Assembly (NCBI GenBank): GCA_044433665.1
Contig: JAWXTJ010000006.1
Location: 5,369-69,368 of the forward strand
Source of the DNA: Rikenellaceae bacterium
GTDB taxonomy: Bacteria; Bacteroidota; Bacteroidia; Bacteroidales; Rikenellaceae
Direction of reading: 5' to 3'
Length of the DNA: 64,000 nt
The notes beneath the pieces were generated by a model. It saw nothing but the letters and a program-made list of their open reading frames with translations, had not been told where the DNA came from and did not search any database. Position numbers and translations under genes: made by a program. Shown piece after piece: positions 56,354 to 64,000 of the stretch (within the stretch, counting starts at the first letter, position 1; every line of letters starts with the position of its first letter).

Positions 56354-59300
56354 TTACTGTAATTTACCGTGACACGCTTTATACTTTTTGCCACTTCCGC
56401 ATGGACATGGATCATTGCGACCCACTTTTTTCTCCGCTTGAGCTGGCATTGGCTTCTGCTTCTCTGCTTGTCCTGCTTGAGCCGCAGCTTGTACACGTGA
56501 CTCTTGAAGTTTATTTACGTCAACTTTCGGACGCTCCGCACGAGCCTTTGGGGCTTCAACGCGATCTGTGCGTACTGGAATATATGATTTGTTAATCACA
56601 GCCAACACATCACGATTAATCTTAAGAAGCATCTTCGAGAAGAGCTCAAACGACTCAAATTTGTAGATCAAAAGTGGATCCTTTTGCTCATAAGTTGCAT
56701 TTTGTACACTTTGACGAAGATCATCCATCTCACGCAAGTGCTCACGCCAAGCATCATCAATTGTTGTAAACATAACAACTTTTGAGAATACCTTAAAGAT
56801 CTCCAATCCCTCGCTATCCTTACAACGTTGAATATTTACAGGTACATTATAACCCAAATGTCCGTTAGTAATCGGGAATACAATGTTTGAGTCTAAATTA
56901 TCTTGACGATCAATGTAAACCTTAGCCATAACTGGAGCAACCATATCGGCAATTTGTTTTGCACGACGAGTATAGTGAGCTTGAATATCCGATACTATAA
57001 GATCAACCAACTCCCCCTTTTTAGCATTTGAATATTGTGCAGCGTCGAATGATGGCTCAACAGCAATATCTCGCATCAACTCTAAGCGGAAATCCTCAAA
57101 GTCTACACCCTCATTCTGTGCAACAAAATTCTCAGCATAGTCACACATTATATTATTAAGGTCAATTTCGATACGCTCACCATGAAGTGCATGGCGACGA
57201 CGAGTGTAAATCACCTCACGTTGCGAGTTCATCACATCATCATACTCCAAAAGACGTTTACGAACACCGAAGTTATTCTCCTCGACTTTCTTTTGCGCAC
57301 GCTCGATGGTCTTGGTCATAACACCTGCTTGAATTACTTCGCCCTCTTCAAGACCCATTCTATCCATAATTGAAGCTACACGCTCCGAACCAAATAGACG
57401 CATCAAATTATCCTCAAACGAGACAAAGAATTGTGAAGAACCTGGATCACCCTGACGACCTGCACGACCACGCAACTGACGGTCAACACGACGGCTATCA
57501 TGACGCTCAGTACCGATAATTGCCAAACCGCCAGCAGCCTTTACCTCAGCTGTAAGTTTAATATCCGTACCACGACCCGCCATATTTGTTGCAATTGTCA
57601 CCTGACCTGGACGACCCGCCTCAGCAACAATTTGCGCCTCCGCTTGGTGCTGCTTCGCATTAAGTACATTATGCTTGATCTTACGCAAAGTAAGCATTCG
57701 ACTCAAAAGCTCAGAGATCTCCACCGAAGTTGTACCAACCAAAACTGGACGATTCTGCTCAACTAATTTTTGAATCTCCTCGATTACCGCATTATATTTC
57801 TCACGTTTAGTCTTATAGATCAAATCCTCACGGTCATCACGCAAAATTGGACGATTCGTTGGGATAACAACAACATCAAGCTCGTAAATACTCCAAAACT
57901 CCGAAGCCTCAGTCTCAGCGGTACCAGTCATACCACCCAACTTATGATACATGCGGAAATAATTTTGAAGCGTCACTGTAGCAAAAGTCTGTGTCGCAGC
58001 CTCCACAACAACACGCTCCTTAGCCTCGATAGCTTGGTGTAATCCATCCGAGTAACGACGGCCATCCATAATACGACCTGTCTGCTCGTCGACGATTTTC
58101 ACTTTGTTATCCATAACCACATATTCAGTATCCTTTTCGAACATTGAATATGCTTTAAGAAGTTGATTTACTGTATGTACACGCTCAGATTTCACCGCAT
58201 ACTCCTTAATCAACTCATCTTTCTTCTCTACACGCTCCTCAGCCGAGAATGAACTCTTCTCAAGCTCGGCAATCTCAGAACCAATATCAGGCAAAACGAA
58301 GAAACCATCCTCCTTGAAATATTTCGATAGCATCTCATGTCCCTTATCGGTAAGTTCCACAGAGTTAGATTTCTCGTCAATCACAAAGAATAACTCATCG
58401 GTAATCTCGTGCATACGACGATTATTATCCTGCATATAGATATTCTCGGTCTTTTGCATCTGACTCTTAATACCTGTCTCAGAGAGGAACTTAATAAGTG
58501 GTTTCGATTTAGGTAGAGCCTTGTGAGCACGATAAAGAGCTACGCCACCTTCATCTGTATTTCCTGCACTAATCAATCTGCGAGAATCTGAAAGCAATGA
58601 TGTCGCTAAACTCTTTTGAAGATTATATAGCTGGTCTATAGCTGGTCTATATTGCTCAAACATCTGATCGTCACCCTTTGGCACAGGACCCGAGATAATC
58701 AAAGGTGTACGAGCATCATCAATCAAAACTGAATCGACCTCATCGACAATTGCGAAATGGTGCTTGCGTTGTACAAGATCCTTTGGCGAAGATGCCATAT
58801 TATCACGCAAATAGTCAAAACCATATTCGTTATTTGTTCCAAAGGTAATATCAGCCATATACGCTTGACGACGAGCCTCAGAATTTGGCTTGTAACGGTC
58901 TATACAATCCACCGATAAACCATGGAATTGATAGATTGGCCCCATCCATTCAGAGTCACGCTTCGAAAGGTAGTCATTGACGGTAACCAAGTGAACACCC
59001 TTGCCAGCCAAGGCATTAAGGAATACAGGAAGTGTCGCAACAAGCGTCTTACCCTCACCCGTAGCCATCTCGGCAATCTTACCCTTGTGAAGAACCACAC
59101 CACCGAAAAGCTGAACATCATAATGAATCATCTCCCACTTAATGTCGTTTCCACCAGCTAGCCAATGTGTGGCAAAAATAGCTTTGTCACCCTCGATAGT
59201 TACAAAATCTTTGGTTGCTGAAAGGTCTCTATCGAAGTCGGTTGCTGTAACCTCTATTGTCTCACTCTCGGTAAAACGACGAGCGGTATCTTTCATAATT

Positions 59301-59644
59301 GCAAAGGCCTCGGGAAGAATCTCATCGAGCTTTTGTTCAATCTTCTCGTCTATACTCTTTTTGATCTGGTCAACCTCTTTCGAGATGCTCTCCTTTTCAG
59401 AAAGTGAGATCTCCGAAGATTCCAATTTCGATTTAAGCTCTACAATTCGAGCCTCGTCATCGGCAATAAAATCGGCAATAAGATGACGCAATGCTACGCT
59501 ACGTTCACGCAACTCATCATTCGAGAGTTTAGAGATTGAAGGGTAAATGGCCTTGACTTTCTCTACATAGGGTTCGATCTCTTTGCGATCTTTATCGCTC
59601 TTTGATCCAAATACTAGTTTTATTAAACTTGCTACAATGTCCAT
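56354..59644 (-). CDS. secA: Preprotein translocase ATPase SecA
   Basis: 1096 aa with [14 protein letters not shown], the [23 protein letters not shown] box and the C-terminal zinc motif [14 protein letters not shown]. Confidence 0.97.
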   Translation of the reverse strand: MDIVASLIKLVFGSKSDKDRKEIEPYVEKVKAIYPSISKLSNDELRERSVALRHLIADFIADDEARIVELKSKLESSEISLSEKESISKEVDQIKKSIDEKIEQKLDEILPEAFAIMKDTARRFTESETIEVTATDFDRDLSATKDFVTIEGDKAIFATHWLAGGNDIKWEMIHYDVQLFGGVVLHKGKIAEMATGEGKTLVATLPVFLNALAGKGVHLVTVNDYLSKRDSEWMGPIYQFHGLSVDCIDRYKPNSEARRQAYMADITFGTNNEYGFDYLRDNMASSPKDLVQRKHHFAIVDEVDSVLIDDARTPLIISGPVPKGDDQMFEQYRPAIDQLYNLQKSLATSLLSDSRRLISAGNTDEGGVALYRAHKALPKSKPLIKFLSETGIKSQMQKTENIYMQDNNRRMHEITDELFFVIDEKSNSVELTDKGHEMLSKYFKEDGFFVLPDIGSEIAELEKSSFSAEERVEKKDELIKEYAVKSERVHTVNQLLKAYSMFEKDTEYVVMDNKVKIVDEQTGRIMDGRRYSDGLHQAIEAKERVVVEAATQTFATVTLQNYFRMYHKLGGMTGTAETEASEFWSIYELDVVVIPTNRPILRDDREDLIYKTKREKYNAVIEEIQKLVEQNRPVLVGTTSVEISELLSRMLTLRKIKHNVLNAKQHQAEAQIVAEAGRPGQVTIATNMAGRGTDIKLTAEVKAAGGLAIIGTERHDSRRVDRQLRGRAGRQGDPGSSQFFVSFEDNLMRLFGSERVASIMDRMGLEEGEVIQAGVMTKTIERAQKKVEENNFGVRKRLLEYDDVMNSQREVIYTRRRHALHGERIEIDLNNIMCDYAENFVAQNEGVDFEDFRLELMRDIAVEPSFDAAQYSNAKKGELVDLIVSDIQAHYTRRAKQIADMVAPVMAKVYIDRQDNLDSNIVFPITNGHLGYNVPVNIQRCKDSEGLEIFKVFSKVVMFTTIDDAWREHLREMDDLRQSVQNATYEQKDPLLIYKFESFELFSKMLLKINRDVLAVINKSYIPVRTDRVEAPKARAERPKVDVNKLQESRVQAAAQAGQAEKQKPMPAQAEKKVGRNDPCPCGSGKKYKACHGKLQ

Positions 59645-59681
59645 ATATAATTTCTATTCTTTTTTTCTATGATCTATCCCG

Positions 59682-59689
59682 CAAAGATA
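59682..59689 (-). promoter_or_regulatory. -7 box (TAtcTTTG on the minus strand) for secA
   Basis: Plus-strand caaagata lies about 38 nt upstream of the start at 59644. Confidence 0.5.
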
Positions 59690-59766
59690 CAAATATAATT
59701 CTAATATCAATAACCTTTGTGGGCTTATTTCAGTGTAAAACCGCTAAAAGTTATATGAAATCTAAA

Positions 59767-60090
59767 GGGGAGTTCTAATTTCTCCCTAAAATACTTTTCG
59801 ATTACTAACCACCCCTTTTTGGTTTTACAAAAATAGCTGGTAGAGCTACTACAACCCACTTTTGCAAAATCAAAAATGGATAAGTGGAGTTCTAATTTCT
59901 CCCTAAAATACTTTTCGATTACTAACTACCCATTTTTGATTTTACAAAAATCGGTAGTAGAGCTACTACAACCCATATTTGCAAAATCAAAAATGGGTAA
60001 TTATTAACCAAAAATTAAAATCAGGGAGAAAATAGAACTCCCCATAATTATTAACCAAAAATTAAAATTAGGGAGAAAATAGAACTCCCC
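59767..60090. mobile_element. 160-bp hairpin MITE-like element, copy 2 (outer), interrupted by copy 3; flanked by a TAAA duplication
   Basis: 59767-59883 plus 60048-60090 total 160 bp, with 3 substitutions against copy 1. TAAA occurs at 59763-59766 and 60091-60094. Confidence 0.85.
59884..60043. mobile_element. 160-bp hairpin MITE-like element, copy 3 (inner), inserted into copy 2 with an ATAA duplication
   Basis: gtggagttc...gaactcccc, 160 bp, about ten substitutions against copy 1. ATAA occurs at 59880-59883 and 60044-60047, whereas intact copy 1 has a single ATAA at the same internal position. Confidence 0.85.
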
Positions 60091-60190
60091 TAAATTTAAA
60101 ATAAAAGTTTATCGATTACATTATCCTCGTAAAAGTGAAATAAAAATAAAAAACTTGCACTATTTGTGTTAATATTATAATAATTTTTAA

Positions 60191-60198
60191 TACCTTTG
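60191..60198 (+). promoter_or_regulatory. -7 box (TAccTTTG) for metK
   Basis: Exact TAnnTTTG match. A TTTG at 60163-60166 could be a -33 element, although the spacing is longer than typical. Confidence 0.5.
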
Positions 60199-60368
60199 CA
60201 TCGCTTTTCTAATTAAAAAAGCGGTGTGGAAAGATTTGACTGATTGCAAACCACAATAAAAAAGAGCTAAAACAGCCCTCGAAAGAGCCTATAGCCCCTA
60301 TTTATTTTCTTTGTATCAGGCCAACTTCCCCAATTTAAAGTTTAATAACAAAACATAAATTAAATATT
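60199..60368 (+). promoter_or_regulatory. Long structured metK 5' leader, candidate SAM-responsive riboswitch of unassigned class
   Basis: About 165 nt lie between the -7 box and the ATG, against 20-45 nt for other genes here. It contains the hairpin cgctttt/aaaagcg (60202-60223), a helix tgtgg/ccaca around a 21-nt loop, and an A-rich tail AAAAAAGAGCTAAAA. Confidence 0.3.
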
Positions 60369-61658
60369 ATGGGATTTTTATTTACATCTGAGTCTGTCTC
60401 TGAGGGACATCCAGATAAAGTTTCAGACCAGATCTCTGATGCCATTCTTGACGAATTTTTGCGTCACGATCAAAATTCAAAGGTAGCTTGCGAGACCCTT
60501 TGTACAACAGGACTTGTCGTTGTTTCGGGTGAGGTTCGCTCGGAGGCTTATGTCGATGTGCAGTCAATTACTCGCTCGGTAATCAACAAAATCGGATATA
60601 ATAAAAGCGAGTATCAATTCGATGGTAACTCATGCGGAATACTCTCGGCAATTCACGAGCAATCGGCAGACATTAACCAAGGTGTTGTTCGTGCTGAGGA
60701 GGCTGAGCAAGGTGCTGGAGATCAAGGAATCATGTTTGGATATGCAACCAACGAAACACTTGAACTTATGCCTGCAACATTGATCCTTTCACATGTTATT
60801 TTAAAGGAGCTAGCAGACGTGCGTCGTCAGGGAGAGGTTATGACATATCTTCGTCCAGATTCGAAGAGTCAAGTAACAATTGAGTATGGTGATGATCGTA
60901 AACCACAGAGAGTTCACACGATAGTTGTTTCAACACAACATGATGAATTTATTGCAACGACATCAGAGATAAGCGAAAAAGAGGCTGAGGTGCAGATGCA
61001 AAATAAGATTCGTGAGGATGTTCGCACAATCTTAATTCCACGTGTTAAGGCTCGTTTGGAGCGTGCTGGAGATAAATTAGCTGAACTAATTGGTGATGAT
61101 TATATCTTGCATGTTAACCCAACAGGAAAATTTGTCATTGGTGGCCCTCACGGAGACACAGGCCTTACGGGACGTAAAATCATTGTTGATACGTATGGTG
61201 GTCGAGGAGCTCATGGTGGTGGTGCATTCTCGGGTAAGGACTCTTCAAAGGTGGATCGCTCGGCAGCATATGCGGCACGTCATATTGCAAAAAATATGGT
61301 TGCAGCAGGTGTAGCTGATGAGGTTATGGTTCAATTAAGTTACGCAATCGGTATTGCAGAGCCATTATCAATATATGTCAGCACCTATGGCAGCAATAAC
61401 CTCTCAATTAGCGAGGGAGAAATTGCAGAAAAAATTGGTAAACTTTTCGATTTACGTCCAGCAGCTATTGTGAAACGTTACGGTTTGAAAAATCCAATTT
61501 TCCAGGCAACAGCGTCATATGGACACTTTGGAAATAGACCATACAAGGCGAATGCAACTATCTTTGAGGATGGAAAAGCTGTTGAAAAAGAGATTGAATT
61601 CTTCGGCTGGGAGCGTCTTGATGCCGTTGATGTTATCAAAGCAGAATTTGGATTGTAA
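60369..61658 (+). CDS. metK: S-adenosylmethionine synthase
   Basis: 429 aa with [34 protein letters not shown] and DRSAAYAAR motifs. Confidence 0.97.
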   Translation: MGFLFTSESVSEGHPDKVSDQISDAILDEFLRHDQNSKVACETLCTTGLVVVSGEVRSEAYVDVQSITRSVINKIGYNKSEYQFDGNSCGILSAIHEQSADINQGVVRAEEAEQGAGDQGIMFGYATNETLELMPATLILSHVILKELADVRRQGEVMTYLRPDSKSQVTIEYGDDRKPQRVHTIVVSTQHDEFIATTSEISEKEAEVQMQNKIREDVRTILIPRVKARLERAGDKLAELIGDDYILHVNPTGKFVIGGPHGDTGLTGRKIIVDTYGGRGAHGGGAFSGKDSSKVDRSAAYAARHIAKNMVAAGVADEVMVQLSYAIGIAEPLSIYVSTYGSNNLSISEGEIAEKIGKLFDLRPAAIVKRYGLKNPIFQATASYGHFGNRPYKANATIFEDGKAVEKEIEFFGWERLDAVDVIKAEFGL

Positions 61659-61732
61659 TCAAATACATCCACATTTTCGATTTGCTGATTAGCAGCCACC
61701 TCGACTTGTGGGTAGTTTTGCGAAGCAAAAAA

Positions 61733-61797
61733 ATATTAAAGGTCTAATTTTTGGAATTTGAGCTTGCTCAGAATTCTAAAAATTAGACCTTTAATAT
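61733..61797. repeat. 65-bp imperfect palindrome (arms of about 30 bp) between metK and radC
   Basis: atattaaaggtctaatttttggaatttgagc / gctcagaattctaaaaattagacctttaatat. On the minus strand it is followed by a 7-nt U-run, consistent with a terminator for minus-strand transcripts. Confidence 0.6.
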
Positions 61798-61800
61798 TTC

Positions 61801-61928
61801 GATGCTCGTAAGAGCAGCGCCTACAAGACGCAATAAAAAGAAGAAACGAAGTTTCTGACATCCAAGCTGAGCTTGGCGGCCGCCCGCTGTTAGGGCAGTC
61901 TGAAACGTAAGAAGGTGGAACTATAAAA
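61801..61928. other. Conserved-end block B, paralogous to 49710-49798
   Basis: Has the same end motifs as block A. The interior holds small hairpins (gctc-gtaa-gagc, gaaac-gaa-gtttc, ccaagc-tga-gcttgg, gccc-gctgtta-gggc). The right end overlaps the radC stop codon. Confidence 0.35.
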
Positions 61929-62565
61929 TTCCTCGGCTGAGAAAACTATAATAATTTGAACTTGAAACGATAATATGATCTATGAGTGAAATGTCGAATA
62001 GAGCAGCTGCTTTTTTCACTCTTTGGGTGAGGTTAATATCCTCTCGACTGGGTTCTACGGCTCCTGAGGGGTGGTTGTGAACCATAATCATCTGCGTTGA
62101 TAACAACTCTAGCGCTCGCTTAACAATCAACCTATGATCTACGACCGTTGCTGTAACTCCGCCTTGGCTTACTCTGTAGCGCTCTACCACTCTATTCGAT
62201 GCGGATAAAAACAATACCCAACACTCTTCATATTTCATCGACTGGAAATAGGGGCGAAACATATCGACCACATCTGTACTGCTCGAAATAACTTGCTCTA
62301 TCTCCACTGTTGCCGCCGCTGAACGCCTTCCCCATTCTGCCGCCGCCTTAATATTTAGAGCACTCTTTATCCCAATACCTTCAGCCATGCGCAGTCGTGA
62401 CAACTCCTCTTTAGCTATTGCGGGAAGTGAATTATTGTAATTTTTTAGAAGTGCTGACGCTTGTATTGCAGCTTGATCTGTTGCCCCTAGAAGTATCGTG
62501 ATAAGCTCAGTATCGGAGAGTGACTCGATACCTCGAACAGCTATTTTATCGTGTAGTGACAACAT
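61921..62565 (-). CDS. radC: RadC-family JAB/MPN domain protein
   Basis: 214 aa with an N-terminal HhH-like region and the JAMM motif HNHPSG. Confidence 0.85.
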   Translation of the reverse strand: MLSLHDKIAVRGIESLSDTELITILLGATDQAAIQASALLKNYNNSLPAIAKEELSRLRMAEGIGIKSALNIKAAAEWGRRSAAATVEIEQVISSSTDVVDMFRPYFQSMKYEECWVLFLSASNRVVERYRVSQGGVTATVVDHRLIVKRALELLSTQMIMVHNHPSGAVEPSREDINLTQRVKKAAALFDISLIDHIIVSSSNYYSFLSRGIL

Positions 62566-62582
62566 TTTTGTGCATCAATAAA

Positions 62583-63365
62583 TTACTCCTCACCATCAAT
62601 TATTTTGTCAACGAGCTCAAGGATATTATCCCCCGCTTTGTCACTCACACCTTGAGATACAGAGTAAGCAGCCCTTTGTTCAGCCTCCTTTTTTGAGTCA
62701 CCAATACCGTGACCAACCTCAACTCCACCAATAAATACCATCGAGTAAAACAGAGGTCTAAGCTGTGTTGAATCCTTGTCATTGCGTGTGCGGAACTCTA
62801 TTGAGAGATGCTCCTTTTGAGCCCACTCAATAAGTCGACTCTTATAATCGGTCTCGGAGCTAAGCATTTGGTCAATATCAAGATGCTTATAGTATATATT
62901 ATTGATTAGTAAACGATTAACAAAGTCGTACCCCTTATCAAGATATATTGCACCTATTAACGCTTCGAAAGCATCACCAAAAATATGCTTCTGAGTGAAG
63001 TTTCCGCTTGAGTTGCTGATTATATGCTTATCTAAGCCAATTGCCTTGGCAAGATTATTCAGTGAGTGACGAGAGACAATCTTCGAGCGCAATTGCGTCA
63101 AGAACCCCTCATCCTCAGTTGGATATTGAATATATAAATAGTCAGATGTAACCGACTCGATTACAGCATCTCCGAGATATTCTAGCCTTTCGTTGTTAAT
63201 TGAGGTGCCATCTTCAAGTACCAAAGAAGCTGACTTATGAACCAAAGCCAGCTTGTAAAGGTCGATATTGTGTGGGGCATACCCAAACATATCGTTGAAA
63301 ATTTTGTAATATTCCTTATCGGAGCCGAATCGGCACATTATTGTGCGACGAATATAGTTAATCAC
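62583..63365 (-). CDS. rnc: Ribonuclease III
   Basis: Signature ERLEYLGDAV, a later DAFEALIGAIYLD, and a C-terminal dsRBD (GVEVGHGIGDSKKEAEQRAA). The true start may be the second Met at 63338. Confidence 0.9.
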   Translation of the reverse strand: MINYIRRTIMCRFGSDKEYYKIFNDMFGYAPHNIDLYKLALVHKSASLVLEDGTSINNERLEYLGDAVIESVTSDYLYIQYPTEDEGFLTQLRSKIVSRHSLNNLAKAIGLDKHIISNSSGNFTQKHIFGDAFEALIGAIYLDKGYDFVNRLLINNIYYKHLDIDQMLSSETDYKSRLIEWAQKEHLSIEFRTRNDKDSTQLRPLFYSMVFIGGVEVGHGIGDSKKEAEQRAAYSVSQGVSDKAGDNILELVDKIIDGEE

Positions 63366-63379
63366 GGCTATGATAGGTA

Positions 63380-64000
63380 TTAGATCTTACGGAAAATAAT
63401 TGTTGCATTGTGTCCACCAAATCCGAACGTGTTACTCAATGCACAGTTTACCTCACGTTTTTGAGCTACATCCAAAGTTAGATTTAATTTTGGATCGATC
63501 TCTGGGTCTATATCCTTGCAGTTGATTGATGGAGGAACCACTCCATTTTGAATTGCAAAAAGACAAGCCAAAGCCTCTACAGCTCCAGTTGCTCCCAACA
63601 AGTGTCCAGTCATAGACTTTGAAGAGGAGATGTTTAGTTTGTAAGCGTGCTCGCCAAATACACCTTGAACAGCCTTAAGTTCAGCTTTATCGCCAAGTGG
63701 AGTCGATGTACCGTGAACGTTGATGTAATCAATATCCTCAGGGGTGATTGAAGCATCTTTGATTGCGTCACGCATAGATTTCATTGCACCTAATCCCTCT
63801 GGATGTGGTGCTGTAAAGTGGTGAGCATCAGCTGAACATCCACCACCGATAACCTCGCAGTAGATCTTCGCACCACGAGCTTTAGCGTGCTCATACTCCT
63901 CAAAGATAAGTGCTGCTCCACCCTCACCAACAACGAAACCATCACGGTTAACGTCGAATGGACGAGAAGCAGTTGTGCAATCATCGTTGCGAGTCGAAAG
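63380..64000 (-). CDS. fabF: 3-oxoacyl-ACP synthase II, C-terminal part (5' end beyond the window)
   Basis: The frame stays open upstream of the listed Met to the window edge, reading ...RPFDVNRDGFVVGEGGAALIFEEYEHAKARGAKIYCEVIGGGCSADAHHFTAPHPEGLGA.... Downstream are NVHGTSTPLGD and SNTFGFGGHNATIIF. Confidence 0.9.
   Translation of the reverse strand, partial: LSTRNDDCTTASRPFDVNRDGFVVGEGGAALIFEEYEHAKARGAKIYCEVIGGGCSADAHHFTAPHPEGLGAMKSMRDAIKDASITPEDIDYINVHGTSTPLGDKAELKAVQGVFGEHAYKLNISSSKSMTGHLLGATGAVEALACLFAIQNGVVPPSINCKDIDPEIDPKLNLTLDVAQKREVNCALSNTFGFGGHNATIIFRKI

Noticed and set aside
59761-60110. Repeated units in the secA/metK spacer that at first glance resemble a short CRISPR-like array
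   Set aside because: The repeats are 160-bp units in a nested arrangement with inverted termini, not short direct repeats separated by unique spacers. No cas genes are present in the window.
60225-60290. Assigning the metK leader specifically to the SAM-II class
   Set aside because: I could not find a loop segment complementary to the 3' AAAGAGCT tail to form the required pseudoknot. It is kept only as an unclassified candidate.
1-64000. Search for tRNA, rRNA, tmRNA, SRP RNA and RNase P signatures in all intergenic regions
   Set aside because: By eye I found no T-loop GGTTCGAATCC-like motifs, no GGAAGCAGCC SRP core, no GAGGAAAGTCCGG RNase P core and no tmRNA ends. This needs confirmation with tRNAscan or Infernal.

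Overview
This window reads as a core-chromosome segment of a Bacteroidia (Bacteroidales-like) genome. The evidence for that placement is the batD-batE pair, an ECF sigma module with a DUF4252-like gene, no Shine-Dalgarno sequences, and repeated matches to the Bacteroides -7 promoter consensus TAnnTTTG 20-45 nt upstream of start codons.

About 60 protein genes are packed tightly. Most are housekeeping genes:
- DNA repair and RNA processing: recR, recG, mfd, radC, rnc, an RNase G-like gene, ybeY.
- Translation and secretion: rplS, pheS, secA, tatA, tatC.
- Metabolism: coaX, metK, fabI, fabF (partial), kdsC, dCMP deaminase.
- Also an HU gene, PpiD-like and cyclophilin isomerases, and several peptidases.

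The accessory-looking parts are:
- a polysaccharide export/initiation locus at about 46.9-55.4 kb (wbaP-like, wza, wzc, VanZ-like, HAD-like, wzx, FrhB-like);
- a polyferredoxin plus Tat-signal lipoprotein aldo/keto reductase operon fused to tatA-tatC;
- a patatin / beta-barrel protein.

I found no rRNA, tRNA, CRISPR array, transposase, integrase, prophage or recognisable defence genes. I do not see a convincing new protein-coding system.

The most unusual signals are non-coding:
1. A 160-bp, almost fully self-complementary MITE-like element that I do not recognise. It has 22-bp terminal inverted repeats and 4-bp A/T target-site duplications. There are three copies, one inserted inside another in the secA/metK spacer, plus a solo terminal-repeat-like sequence upstream of the RNase G gene.
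2. Two hairpin-dense intergenic regions (49.6-49.8 kb and 61.7-61.9 kb) that share conserved end blocks of unknown function.
3. An unlisted 29-codon Arg/Lys-rich ORF between the HU and RNase G genes that looks like a tiny ribosomal-type protein.
4. A roughly 170-nt structured leader upstream of metK.

Every functional call comes from motif recognition in the supplied translations and from reading the DNA by eye. No database search or folding calculation was run.
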